DNA of 37,526 nucleotides, from assembly GCA_965656375.1 (NCBI GenBank), contig CBFHKH010000001.1, forward strand, positions 475,319-512,844, read 5' to 3'. This stretch comes from Minisyncoccia bacterium. Its GTDB lineage: Bacteria; Patescibacteriota; Minisyncoccia; Phycocordibacterales; UBA9973. A program made the translations under genes and the position numbers. Below, one piece after another: positions 1 to 9,579 of the stretch (position 1 is the first letter of the stretch; each line of letters opens with the position of its first letter). The notes beneath the pieces were generated by a model, which saw only the letters and a list, made by a program, of their open reading frames with translations, was not told where the DNA came from and did not search any database.

Positions 1-45
1 CGCACCGTTATCAAACCAGAGACAAATTGTATTTTTTGATGTCAT
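1..45 (-). CDS. VOC/PhnB-like (3-demethylubiquinone-9 3-methyltransferase family) protein, 5' end only; runs off the window
   Basis: Minus strand from the ATG at 45 reads MTSKNTICLWFDNGA, typical of the family N-terminus. TATAAT lies 6 nt upstream of the ATG. Confidence 0.65.
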   Translation of the reverse strand, partial: MTSKNTICLWFDNGA

Positions 46-92
46 AATTCTATTATACTACGGGGCATTTCTAGCTCCTAAACTCTCGTAAT

Positions 93-488
93 TTATCTAT
101 TTAAATACGTAATAGTAAGCTGCAAGCAAGTAGCAAATAATACCCAGAGAAGGTATGGAATTTGGATATATGTGATCCATCGTGCATGAGCATATATGGC
201 AATCATTGCCCATATGAGAGTTCCGAGGACAAGGAGGATATCGATAGCACTTAGTAGATTACTTTTCAATCCAAACTGGAAGTACGTAAAACTAAAATTA
301 AAAATGAGGTTGAGGATGAAAGGAAGCGCTACAATAAATGGGATCTGCTTCTGCCATGTCATTAAAAATACTTTTCCAAATGAAATTGCAATTAAAACGT
401 ATAAGGATGTCCACACTGGACCGAAGAGCCACGCAGGTGGTGCCCAGGAAGGCTTTATAAGTTGAGAATACCAGCTGTATGAGTTCAT
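93..488 (-). CDS. tspO: TspO/MBR tryptophan-rich sensory protein
   Basis: WY..L.KPSWAPPAWLFGPVWT, LN..F...F and PYLLWV.FA motifs; multiple TM segments. Confidence 0.92.
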   Translation of the reverse strand: MNSYSWYSQLIKPSWAPPAWLFGPVWTSLYVLIAISFGKVFLMTWQKQIPFIVALPFILNLIFNFSFTYFQFGLKSNLLSAIDILLVLGTLIWAMIAIYAHARWITYIQIPYLLWVLFATCLQLTITYLNR

Positions 489-539
489 GAGTATATTGTA
501 GCACTTATTATCCTCCTTAGCAGATCTTTTGAGTGGTGG

Positions 540-1028
540 TTATTTTTCAGCTAAGTAGATTTTTAAGGATTCAATAAAACCTTCGCAGAATTTACTACTT
601 TCTTTTTCCATTTGGTTAGCAATCTGATGCGGATCAGCCCAATACACACCTTTCACTTCATCTTGCTGTAATTTACCTGGATCTGCTTTGCATTTGAATA
701 CATCAAACATGTGAGAAACCAATCTGTCAGGATATTTCTCATTTTCTGTATGACCATGGCCTACATATTCTAACGCCACGTCTTTTATCCCTAATTCTTC
801 TTCCAGTTCTCTCTTTGCAGCTTCTTCATATGTTTCGCCTATTTCTACATGCCCCGCCGCAGAGTGGTCTAGATAACCATCAGTTCTTTGCTGAATTACA
901 ATTTGACCTTGTTCATTCTCTACATAGACTACGGAAATACGATGAAGAGTCCCGTTTTTATGAGCTTCAACTTTTAGCATTTTGCCAATTATTTCATCTT
1001 TTTCATTTACTATTTCAACTTCGTACAT
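540..1028 (-). CDS. NUDIX hydrolase (IDI/YfcD-like)
   Basis: Nudix box GHVEIGETYEEAAKRELEEELGI; N-terminal H..G.LHR. Confidence 0.88.
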   Translation of the reverse strand: MYEVEIVNEKDEIIGKMLKVEAHKNGTLHRISVVYVENEQGQIVIQQRTDGYLDHSAAGHVEIGETYEEAAKRELEEELGIKDVALEYVGHGHTENEKYPDRLVSHMFDVFKCKADPGKLQQDEVKGVYWADPHQIANQMEKESSKFCEGFIESLKIYLAEK

Positions 1029-1096
1029 AAGTATAGCTATTATACCGTTTTCGCTGGCACGTTTGTACTGTAGCTTAGATCTAGAATTAGTGGTAA

Positions 1097-1109
1097 TTAG
1101 TTACCAACA
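1097..1109 (+). repeat. 13-bp direct repeat TTAGTTACCAACA, left copy
   Basis: Identical to 5273-5285; overlaps the palindrome TGGTAA-TTAG-TTACCA (1091-1106). Confidence 0.7.
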
Positions 1110-1110
1110 A

Positions 1111-2169
1111 CTATCTTTCCTGATGGTTTTTTATGATAGTTGAACCTAACTTTTTTGCGTAAAGTGGTGGTACAGCATTTCCTATCATACGAGCAACTGA
1201 AGCGATACTAGTACCAAAAAATTTATAGTTCTTGGGAAAGGTTTGCAAGCTCGCACCTTCTCTTAAAGAAATAGGTCGATTTTCATTTGGATGGGCAAAA
1301 CGACCATTAGAGATACTGAAAAACTTCGTAGTAATAGTCGGAGCTGGCTTATCCCACGCCATTCTTCCATAAGTATCATTAAAGGAAATATTTCGTCCTT
1401 TCTTCTTATATGCTTTGAGTTGCAGATTGGTGTTTGCCCATGAATTTCTTGAACCGCCATCCTTAGGGGTAAGTTTAAGTCTTTGTATATTTGCTTCACT
1501 AAGACCTGCAGTCGTATGCATGAAACTTGTTTTATCAACATGTCCATCTGAAATCTTGGGAAATCCATTTTTAACACCAATAAAATCAGCTACAGTAGGT
1601 CGCGAATTTCCTGGCTTTGGGAAAATCTCCTTATTGGTAACACGATTAGCAATCAAAGAAAATCTTTTTCTTGATTCAGGCACACCATATTCATTGAGAT
1701 GAACTATCTCATAATGAACCGCATAACCTCTTTTTCTTAAGTCGTCTATAAAACGATTGAGCCCGCTTTCTTTTTGTTTATTGAGAATACCTGGAACATT
1801 TTCAACGACAACATATCCTGGATTGTAGTATTTTATAAACCGATGAAATTCATGCAATAAATCCTTCGACTTTTCTGATTTATTTTTACTTGTTCTAATG
1901 ATTGTCCAGTATTGGCAAGGACTGCAGCCTATCATTATTAAATCATCATCGTTTTTTTTAATTTTGATTTCTTTTGAAAGGTCTTCTTCTTTAAGTTTAG
2001 AAACATCCGCTAAGATATATTTAGCCCCCTTGATGTTAGCTTCGTAAGTTTGCTTACAATCTGGATCAAAGTCCACTCCAGCAAGTACTTCAATCCCAGC
2101 TTGTTGCATACCAAAACTCATTCCACCACCGGAACAAAAGAAATCAACAGCTTTAAGTTTCTTGCTCAT
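1111..2169 (-). CDS. DNA (cytosine-5)-methyltransferase, Dcm family
   Basis: Motif I DFFCSGGG, catalytic SPCQ, motif VI ENV, motif VIII ESRKR, motif IX R....REGASLQTFP, motif X GNAV. Confidence 0.95.
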   Translation of the reverse strand: MSKKLKAVDFFCSGGGMSFGMQQAGIEVLAGVDFDPDCKQTYEANIKGAKYILADVSKLKEEDLSKEIKIKKNDDDLIMIGCSPCQYWTIIRTSKNKSEKSKDLLHEFHRFIKYYNPGYVVVENVPGILNKQKESGLNRFIDDLRKRGYAVHYEIVHLNEYGVPESRKRFSLIANRVTNKEIFPKPGNSRPTVADFIGVKNGFPKISDGHVDKTSFMHTTAGLSEANIQRLKLTPKDGGSRNSWANTNLQLKAYKKKGRNISFNDTYGRMAWDKPAPTITTKFFSISNGRFAHPNENRPISLREGASLQTFPKNYKFFGTSIASVARMIGNAVPPLYAKKLGSTIIKNHQER

Positions 2170-2196
2170 AAATAATCATTGAAATTATAACATAAT

Positions 2197-2721
2197 TTAA
2201 GAATTTTTTGATGCAGTGCTGGTCGTATTGTCGATGATAACTTTCGCCTCACTTATTAAGGCTTTCGTTATGCTGATATTCCAAGCACGCATAGTAGAAT
2301 GCCACTTCTTATATTTTAAAAATTGTTCCCATGTCAGTTCTAAAATTCTCTTTGGTCTATAATTTTTAAATATTTGTACAATAATCACATATTCAAATTT
2401 CTTCTCAGAGGTTATTGAATCATCTCTTTCACCAATACCATAAAACACGCCTGTCGTATTACCAGGCTCGGTGATTGTTTTGATACTATATCTTTCACCT
2501 TTTCTACTTAACGCATCTACATTTTGAGTTCCTTCAGGAGCTGCTTGAAGATTGGGTAATCCTGCAATTGAATTGTAGTTTTCTATTGCAAGAAATTCTC
2601 CTCTTTCTCCAACAATATTTCGAGTTCTTACTAGACCTCTATCTTTAAGTTCTTTTTCTGTTTCTGCGTATACTAACCATAGTTCTTCATTTGTAAGCAA
2701 ACTAGCTTTATCCTTGTTCAT
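2197..2721 (-). CDS. Hypothetical protein, probable PD-(D/E)xK restriction-endonuclease-like fold (174 aa)
   Basis: GERGE...NVDA...YSIK spacing resembles a type II REase core. Start moved to the ATG at 2721, which overlaps the upstream stop; adjacent to the methyltransferase. Confidence 0.55.
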   Translation of the reverse strand: MNKDKASLLTNEELWLVYAETEKELKDRGLVRTRNIVGERGEFLAIENYNSIAGLPNLQAAPEGTQNVDALSRKGERYSIKTITEPGNTTGVFYGIGERDDSITSEKKFEYVIIVQIFKNYRPKRILELTWEQFLKYKKWHSTMRAWNISITKALISEAKVIIDNTTSTASKNS

Positions 2722-4741
2722 TTTCTTTATCATCAACACTGAACGACAGTACATAATTCTGCTCATTTCCTTCTGGGAATCGGAGTTGAGGCCACCAAAT
2801 TTCAGTCCCTAGCTTATTTGTTTGTCTATACAAAAATAGTGTTGGTTTATCGCTTGGTGCAAGATTTTTTTCTCCACCAGATAAAATACCTTCTTTGACT
2901 CCACGACCAGGAGAAAGCTCACGGCCTCGCCTCACAACCAAGTACGCACTCTCTCCCATAAGATGTTCGATTGTTTCAAGTGCTGTCTTAATATTCTTCA
3001 TGTCCCATAAAGCAGACTCTTTTTCAGGATCTGTATGACAACGGTCAAGGAGGGAGATTAGATTTTTTATGGTTGTATTAACAGCTCCGTCTTCATTACC
3101 TATATGATTCAACTCGTCATCAATTGATTTTGTCACTGGAGCCATTTCTGCTGTTCGTAATGGATAGGAAGCGTTAATGCTTTTTCCTGCGACGTATGCG
3201 ACAAGCGAATCAGGATCTAAAACGTTTTTTCGTGTTGCCTGTAATGGTGATGAAATATATAAAACTTCAAATTGTCCTTTTGGATATTTATTAACGACAT
3301 CTCGTAAAGCACTCTCCATATCATGTATCAGAGAAAAATGCTTAGCCAATTTTTGTGGTAAATATAATCTTGTAACACCTAAGTCATGCTGGCGATATCC
3401 GTACATACGAGCATGTTGCAAGACAGTATCTGCATTAGGTCTTTTAGGATTTCTACCGTAATAACTAACCAAAAGATTTTTTATTGTCACACCTCTACCG
3501 AGCTTGTTACCTCCAACAAAAATATTGTAAGCAGCATCAAGTTCAACCTCATCGCCAGAAACAGAATTAATTACCTTAACTCTTGCTCCATGTAAATAAA
3601 ACTTCATTCTTTCTACAACCTTAGTAAAAGGCGGTAACCCTACCTGTGTTTTTTCTAAGTCTTTGTACGCTGACTCTAGCTCTGCAATAAATTTTTCATA
3701 CTGCTTTGAAGTAGAATCTTCCATTATATGGAAAACATCTTCTTTAAATGCCTCAATCAAAGAACAAATATAACTATGGTCAACCTTACTACTGCTAACA
3801 TGACATAGGAAAGCATAACCCTTAGTAGGATTTTCAATCCGCTTACAAGTTGCACCAACAAGAAACACTAAGAGTGCATTCCTTAGTCCTTTCGGTATTT
3901 GTCCAGTCGGAGAAGGTTGATGAGAAGAAGTCAGCTGTTCAACTTCTTCAATATCAACAAAACGAAGAAGTTTCTCGTCTTCATCTCCAAAAAATTCGTA
4001 GCCTCCAACGTAACCTTTACCTGGCTCACTTAATACGGTAAATGATGGACGATATCTATGATTTGGGTTTTGTAAAAATAATGATTGAGGGGTAGCTGTT
4101 ACCTGTAAATATGTAGTGACTCTAAAGAAATCCCTAAATTCACTTATAGCTTGATTGATAGTACTTGGACCTTTCCCAGTCTTTTTTTCTTTTGACGTAT
4201 TTGTGTTCAGACTTGCTTGATCAGCCTCATCATCAATAATAAGAGCAGAAAGACCTTTAGCTCCAGCTTTTTTAAATTCTTCAAGTAAGCCATTTAATAC
4301 AGTTCCATTTTTTGAACAAACTATAACAAGTGGTGGATTGCGAAGATTTCTTGCAAATCTTTTTGGATCTCCCCAATCAGTCTTACCTAGGACGTTTAAC
4401 CCCTGCAGAACCGACTTCATTCGTTTAAGGGTCTGTTCATACAGGATATCGTTATCCGAAGTTAGAATAACAATACACTGAAATCCGTTATCTGCTGCCA
4501 TCGCAGTAGTAACTTGAATTACACTTGTCTTGCCACTTTGAATAAGGCCATAGACTAAACCGTCACTAGATGTCTCTGGTGGAGCGGCAATAGGATCAAC
4601 ACATTGATGCAAAATGTGTGTTGCTTTTTCTGTGAGAGCGACAAGAGCAGCTCCTTCAATTTCATTAGAAAGAACATTAATTACTTCCTGAGTATGTAGT
4701 CCATCTTGAATGACTTCTCTTGTGTTTTGGTTATCTTGCAT
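2708..4741 (-). CDS. Z1-domain protein with SF2 helicase-like ATPase N-terminus (RM-associated)
   Basis: Walker A-like GLIQSGKT, Walker B IIDDEADQASLNT, TATP, and Z1-type IFVGGNKLGRGVTIKNL..SYY.R and DTVLQHARMYGYR. Confidence 0.88.
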   Translation of the reverse strand: MQDNQNTREVIQDGLHTQEVINVLSNEIEGAALVALTEKATHILHQCVDPIAAPPETSSDGLVYGLIQSGKTSVIQVTTAMAADNGFQCIVILTSDNDILYEQTLKRMKSVLQGLNVLGKTDWGDPKRFARNLRNPPLVIVCSKNGTVLNGLLEEFKKAGAKGLSALIIDDEADQASLNTNTSKEKKTGKGPSTINQAISEFRDFFRVTTYLQVTATPQSLFLQNPNHRYRPSFTVLSEPGKGYVGGYEFFGDEDEKLLRFVDIEEVEQLTSSHQPSPTGQIPKGLRNALLVFLVGATCKRIENPTKGYAFLCHVSSSKVDHSYICSLIEAFKEDVFHIMEDSTSKQYEKFIAELESAYKDLEKTQVGLPPFTKVVERMKFYLHGARVKVINSVSGDEVELDAAYNIFVGGNKLGRGVTIKNLLVSYYGRNPKRPNADTVLQHARMYGYRQHDLGVTRLYLPQKLAKHFSLIHDMESALRDVVNKYPKGQFEVLYISSPLQATRKNVLDPDSLVAYVAGKSINASYPLRTAEMAPVTKSIDDELNHIGNEDGAVNTTIKNLISLLDRCHTDPEKESALWDMKNIKTALETIEHLMGESAYLVVRRGRELSPGRGVKEGILSGGEKNLAPSDKPTLFLYRQTNKLGTEIWWPQLRFPEGNEQNYVLSFSVDDKENEQG

Positions 4742-4747
4742 AATTTT

Positions 4748-5170
4748 TTAAGTTAATTCTGAAATAATTGTAGACCACCTGGAAACAGGAACCTTTCTTT
4801 TCATATCTGAAGCTTGTCCTGTAACTCCATAGCTTTCGCCGTGTTTTCTTCTTAAGGTAATCCATCCTGGTTTTGAATCAAGTAAGGCACTTGCTTCATT
4901 CCATGTAATCCAACAGACCCCATCTCCTCCACAGGTCAAACCAACGACGACTCCACCGTATTCTGAATTCATTTTAATACAACGATCAACATCTTCTTGG
5001 TCAAAGTTGAAAGTCCATGGAGTTCTTGAGTTCGTTCTATACTTCAAAAAAGCAAAAACTTTGTCATTAACAATATATCCCAGTAAACCCTTTTTCTTAA
5101 TAGAAAACCCCTCGTTTTCGAGTAAAGAGATTAACGCAGCACCATGGTAATACTGGGATTTTTCTATCAT
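4748..5170 (-). CDS. Hypothetical protein, first gene of the Z1/methyltransferase cassette
   Basis: 140-aa ORF ending 6 nt before the Z1 start; no family recognised with certainty. Confidence 0.7.
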   Translation of the reverse strand: MIEKSQYYHGAALISLLENEGFSIKKKGLLGYIVNDKVFAFLKYRTNSRTPWTFNFDQEDVDRCIKMNSEYGGVVVGLTCGGDGVCWITWNEASALLDSKPGWITLRRKHGESYGVTGQASDMKRKVPVSRWSTIISELT

Positions 5171-5272
5171 AAGAGTAAATTGTCTAACAACTGAATATTA
5201 CCATTTTTACATTGATATTTCTAGTTTTTATTGTATTTGGACTTTATAAATTTTTTAACTTTTCTATACCTT

Positions 5273-5285
5273 TTAGTTACCAACA
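5273..5285 (+). repeat. 13-bp direct repeat TTAGTTACCAACA, right copy
   Basis: Identical to 1097-1109; forms the outer arm of an imperfect hairpin spanning 5277-5340. Confidence 0.7.
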
Positions 5286-5358
5286 CTACGCTCTTTAGAC
5301 GCTCTAGACTCGTCAAAGGCTTTGCGTCATTCATTGATAATGGGTAATCTTATTGTAA

Positions 5359-5760
5359 TTACCAAATCCCTTCTTTAATCAAATCAGGGATTACATCTTC
5401 CTGATTATGTGGAATCATAGGATATTTTTTACTCTCAAAATCTTCCTTTGTTAACCATACAATCTCTTCTATTTCAGCATCAGGCTTTATCTCTCCTTTG
5501 ATTTCTGCAATATATAATCTTTCGATTATTCCACGATCTGAGTTATAAAAACTTATTGTTTGATATTCCTTGAAGAAACGACTTTTTATAATTTCCACTC
5601 CCATTTCTTCTTTGAGTTCCCTTTGAAGGCATTCTTCGTCTGTCTCGTTTTCCTTAATTTTTCCGCCCGGTGTCCATAATTCCTTATATCCTGTACCAAT
5701 CTGCATAAGGAGGTTGCCATCCTGAATAATTATTGCGGCAATTCTAGTATGAGTTGTCAT
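5359..5760 (-). CDS. NUDIX hydrolase
   Basis: PGGKIKENETDEECLQRELKEEMG Nudix box. Confidence 0.88.
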   Translation of the reverse strand: MTTHTRIAAIIIQDGNLLMQIGTGYKELWTPGGKIKENETDEECLQRELKEEMGVEIIKSRFFKEYQTISFYNSDRGIIERLYIAEIKGEIKPDAEIEEIVWLTKEDFESKKYPMIPHNQEDVIPDLIKEGIW

Positions 5761-5828
5761 GGCTAAAGTATACCATTTGTTACTATAACTTTAGCTAAAA
5801 TATACTCAATAAAATGGTACATACCATT

Positions 5829-6287
5829 CTATCTTTGCAAAATATAATACACGAGCAAGAGAAGCCCTCCCCACCATCCAATATCTGAAAAAATAAGACT
5901 CACCATAATTTTCTTCTGCCATGACTGTGGCAATAATTCTCGTGACAGTCCTTCTTTTTCACGCTTGAGTAAGAACGGGCTCACCTTAAACGAGAGAAAG
6001 TACCCGTTCACAATAAGAACAAACGCTATAATAGTATGAATGAATGGGATACCCGAAAAAGGTTCTGCTCGGTAAAAAATACATCCGCCAATAATCGCAA
6101 GAATAATACCGATCCAAATCATCGGTTTTGTCACTTTGTGAGTGCGAGTAGTAGCTTCAGTCCAATACGAAGACTTCCTTCCCAAAAAACCGTGAATGTC
6201 TATGACGGTTACCGCACCAAGGCCGATTATAAATCCTGCCATAAGTAAAAATAATCCGAGCCCATCAAACCATAGTTGTGTTGTCAT
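5829..6287 (-). CDS. Hypothetical membrane protein (about 4 TM helices)
   Basis: 152-aa ORF with four hydrophobic segments; 2 nt from the upstream stop. Confidence 0.75.
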   Translation of the reverse strand: MTTQLWFDGLGLFLLMAGFIIGLGAVTVIDIHGFLGRKSSYWTEATTRTHKVTKPMIWIGIILAIIGGCIFYRAEPFSGIPFIHTIIAFVLIVNGYFLSFKVSPFLLKREKEGLSRELLPQSWQKKIMVSLIFSDIGWWGGLLLLVYYILQR

Positions 6288-6289
6288 AC

Positions 6290-6802
6290 CTATTTTACGT
6301 TAAAGACTTTTTGTGTGGTTTCTTCTAAACTACTATCAGCATTAATAACTATTGCGCCATTTTCAATCAGACCCTCTTCAAATGATTTTTTAATTTCTAT
6401 AATCCATTCCTGCATTTCAGGACTCCTCGCAAAATCATGAGTCGTTCTCGTAGAGAGTCTGTGTCGGATAGTTTCGGGGCTCGCCTGAAGTAAAATAACT
6501 TTATCGAACAAAGGGATGATATCTAGTATATTTGTTGCTGTACCGCAATAAAAGCTAAGGTCACTTGCTTCCTTGGCAATGAGCTCCGATAGCTTTTCTT
6601 TATTACACGCAAAGATGAGATACCTAATTTGCTCCACGTTATTAGTATCCCACTTGGTAAGTATTTCTCCAGTTCTTGAATCTGTAGTTGTAAACATACC
6701 AGGAATATTTTCTATATCATGTACCGTATACCCAGCATTCTTTAATGATTTACCTAGGGTTGATTTTCCTGTACCAGACATGCCTGTAATGAGGATTTTC
6801 AT
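6290..6802 (-). CDS. P-loop nucleoside/nucleotide kinase-like (AAA family) protein
   Basis: MKILITGMSGTGKST Walker A at the N-terminus and R...R lid motif. Start set at the ATG at 6802, 6 nt after TGcTATACT. Confidence 0.8.
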   Translation of the reverse strand: MKILITGMSGTGKSTLGKSLKNAGYTVHDIENIPGMFTTTDSRTGEILTKWDTNNVEQIRYLIFACNKEKLSELIAKEASDLSFYCGTATNILDIIPLFDKVILLQASPETIRHRLSTRTTHDFARSPEMQEWIIEIKKSFEEGLIENGAIVINADSSLEETTQKVFNVK

Positions 6803-6827
6803 TCGTTTAGTATAGCATTTTCGAGTC

Positions 6828-7283
6828 TTACATATTAACTGAACTAAAAATACCCTTGATGATCTTTGTACCTGGATAGAGAACCACAGGTAAAGATCCA
6901 TTATTAGTCACTTCGAGGATAAGTTGGTTATTTGTATCTGGCTCTACGATAAACGAACTCTGGGCTACATCTATCCCCATTTGTGCGATCGTTGATCGAG
7001 TACCCACTAGACATATGTATTTGCCTTTCAAATTAATCGTTTCTTTTGTATTACATAAAACCAATTCGCCTGGATTTAATTTATACCCTTGTTCAGGAAT
7101 TTCAATCTCATCGAACTCTGGATCAATACGTGAATCTAGAAATTCTTTATTTTTCAAAGTTCTAATTTTAGAATCAAGTGTAAAAGTGTAGCTGGCTTCC
7201 TTAAGAAGATTTGGGTCAAAAGGAGTAATTTCTATTTCTCCTTTTATTACTAAATCATGTATTTGATCTTTTGAGTAAAACAT
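6828..7283 (-). CDS. dcd: dCTP deaminase / trimeric dUTPase family protein
   Basis: I.I.PF...L..ASY..TL, L.PGE..L..T.E, RSTIAQMGI, LEV.N....PV.LYPG.KI; start at ATG 7283. Confidence 0.75.
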   Translation of the reverse strand: MFYSKDQIHDLVIKGEIEITPFDPNLLKEASYTFTLDSKIRTLKNKEFLDSRIDPEFDEIEIPEQGYKLNPGELVLCNTKETINLKGKYICLVGTRSTIAQMGIDVAQSSFIVEPDTNNQLILEVTNNGSLPVVLYPGTKIIKGIFSSVNM

Positions 7284-7312
7284 AGTGGTGCTTTTAGTAT
7301 AACAAAATGATA

Positions 7313-7327
7313 GAGATAATGGGGTCA
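7313..7327 (+). repeat. Partial REP-like copy GAGATAATGGGGTCA
   Basis: 15/15 identical to 14464-14478; continues as the palindrome GGTCATGACC. Confidence 0.7.
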
Positions 7328-7364
7328 TGACCGTATTCCTACAGACCATCATAAGGCAATTAAA

Positions 7365-9506
7365 CTAGTTGCCTGCGAGCAGCCTAGAAAATTCATTGAG
7401 CTTGGAACGTGTACGAGGTCCTACTATACCGAATCCTCGAGATTTACTGTTTGCAATATTGTATTTGATCTGAAATCTCTGTACTGCTTTTAACGTAACA
7501 GGTCCGAAATGCCCATCTACTGTACCTTCAGGGTAAACCTTTGGATCTTTAGCGAGAATACTCTGGAGCAAGGTAACGGCTTTGCCGGTATTTCCTTGAA
7601 AGAGTGTTTTTGCAGGAAGTATATCCTTTGTCGAAGCTGAATCGCCCTGCGCAACGACTTTCGATATACTCAGTGGAACAGTAGGTACCGATAACGCCCT
7701 GATCATAGACCAATGTCCTGTGTTTGTCTTTGCGACCACACGAACACTACGAACTACCTGGATTGCCGCATTACCCGACGAGTCGCTTACATCGTATGTA
7801 ATGGTATATACCCCTGGGACCAAGGTATTCACTGGGTTATATACAGAGATAGAATTCGTGATGACACCATCCACATCATCGCTTGCTGTCGCACCAGCAT
7901 CTATATAAGTGGTTCCGGCAGTTACTTCGACAGATGAATCCCCGACACGCGTAATTATCGGTGCGGTATGATCAGTCGAATTGTAGCCTTGCGCAAGGAA
8001 ACTGATATCTGACTGCGAAAGCACGCGCTGATACACGCGAAGATCATCGATGAGGCCGTTGAAATATTTAGGTGCAGTACCGTCAAGCCCGTACCCAATG
8101 CGCGCAGTCGCACTAGTACTGAGTGTCGCCATACTACCTGAACCGGTTCCATCAATCGCGCCGTCTACATAGAGCTTTATCTGTCCTATTATTTTCGCTC
8201 GCGTAGCGCATACATGATGCCAGGTGTCATCCGTGATTATCGTTGTACCGTTGACTGTTGCGTCATAACCTCCACCGTTTCCGTATTCTATATACCCGTT
8301 CGAATCCACACCGAATCCGAAATCATTGGCGAGACCGGGAACTTCAGCGTCAAAAACCGGGGCGCTTTCCCAGTGATTCGTCCCATTCCCTGCAGTTGCA
8401 GTCTTGATCCACGCACAGACAGTCATATCGTCAGAAACGGGACGATTGACGGTGACATAGGTATCGGTGCCATTAAAACCGAGAGAGTGTGAATCACTGA
8501 AAAATAGCGATGGAGTGGTCGCAAGCGGAGCGACAGCGCCTGAATACGTACCGTCGTTCCCGTTTCCACTTGAGTCGCATGAATCCTTTCCTCCAGTACA
8601 TGTCCCCGAAGAAATTTCATCGAATTTCCAATACCCAACAAGGCCAAAGAGCAGCCCATTGCCTGTTGCCTGCGTAAAAAAGCTAGAAGAGGTGACCGTC
8701 GAATTTCCTTCCGCATCGATGCCGAGCACATAGAGTGTCGGACTGAGGGTCGTATGGGTTTCGGAAATGTCTGATCCATTATTCGCACAGTTCACCGTAG
8801 TATATGTCGATCCATCATAAGAATATTGGCAAAATGTACTTGCTCCCCAATCAACAGTAGGGGCCCATGTGCTGATAGTCTGTCCGTTCCCCGGAGCAGT
8901 GATCGATATGGATGGCCCTGCTCCACCGATAGTGATCGAAGTATCGTCAAACACCGTGCCGTACTGACCTGCCCAGAATTCCGCATCATGGCCTTCTTCT
9001 TGTATGTATATATAACGCAAGCCGGAGCCATAACCTGTAAACGTATGTGAAATTTCAGTCCATACATTATCTCCCGCTTCTGTTTGCGTACCCGTATCAT
9101 AGCTCGCAATCACACTATGATTATCATCACGCAGCTCCACAAGCACTCGATATGTATCAGAGGGATTCGGCCAATGCCCTGTGGTAAAAGCATTAAGATT
9201 GATCACAGGCGATCCGTCGAGCGCGCTCGTCGAATATCCTCTTGCGACGAGATCTATCTCCTGACTCATTGTATCGAGTCCGTAAGAGGAAATGAATCCA
9301 AGATTACCACTATGTGCATAACCGCTCCCGACAATCCCCCATCCACTATCAAAACCATCTCCCAGAGACCATCCGCTGAAATCTCCCATTTCGGCACCGG
9401 GATTCGCCACTAGATTGAGAGACGCGGCAGAAGCCGCATACGGAAACACAAAAAAACAAATCAAGGATCCTAGGAATAAGAATGTTTTGGTTGTTATTTT
9501 TTGCAT
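7365..9506 (-). CDS. Secreted multidomain surface protein: FBA (Fbs1-type lectin) domain, LamG-like domain, Ig-like (DUF5011-type) domain, C-terminal peptidoglycan-binding domain
   Basis: Signal peptide ending ASA; NLVANPGAE...QEIDL...WTEISHTF..YG.G.RY...FWAGQYG; GLVGYWKFDE...WHHV...LYVDG...FNGLIDDLRVY; GATASDDVDG...G.YTITY.VSD..GN; LQ..L...DGHFGPVT..AV.RFQ. Confidence 0.85.
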   Translation of the reverse strand: MQKITTKTFLFLGSLICFFVFPYAASAASLNLVANPGAEMGDFSGWSLGDGFDSGWGIVGSGYAHSGNLGFISSYGLDTMSQEIDLVARGYSTSALDGSPVINLNAFTTGHWPNPSDTYRVLVELRDDNHSVIASYDTGTQTEAGDNVWTEISHTFTGYGSGLRYIYIQEEGHDAEFWAGQYGTVFDDTSITIGGAGPSISITAPGNGQTISTWAPTVDWGASTFCQYSYDGSTYTTVNCANNGSDISETHTTLSPTLYVLGIDAEGNSTVTSSSFFTQATGNGLLFGLVGYWKFDEISSGTCTGGKDSCDSSGNGNDGTYSGAVAPLATTPSLFFSDSHSLGFNGTDTYVTVNRPVSDDMTVCAWIKTATAGNGTNHWESAPVFDAEVPGLANDFGFGVDSNGYIEYGNGGGYDATVNGTTIITDDTWHHVCATRAKIIGQIKLYVDGAIDGTGSGSMATLSTSATARIGYGLDGTAPKYFNGLIDDLRVYQRVLSQSDISFLAQGYNSTDHTAPIITRVGDSSVEVTAGTTYIDAGATASDDVDGVITNSISVYNPVNTLVPGVYTITYDVSDSSGNAAIQVVRSVRVVAKTNTGHWSMIRALSVPTVPLSISKVVAQGDSASTKDILPAKTLFQGNTGKAVTLLQSILAKDPKVYPEGTVDGHFGPVTLKAVQRFQIKYNIANSKSRGFGIVGPRTRSKLNEFSRLLAGN

Positions 9507-9579
9507 TGATCTTTAATTTTAAGACATTCCATGTGGAGATTATATCACAGTTCGAATCTCAAACTCTGAATTTTAAAGA

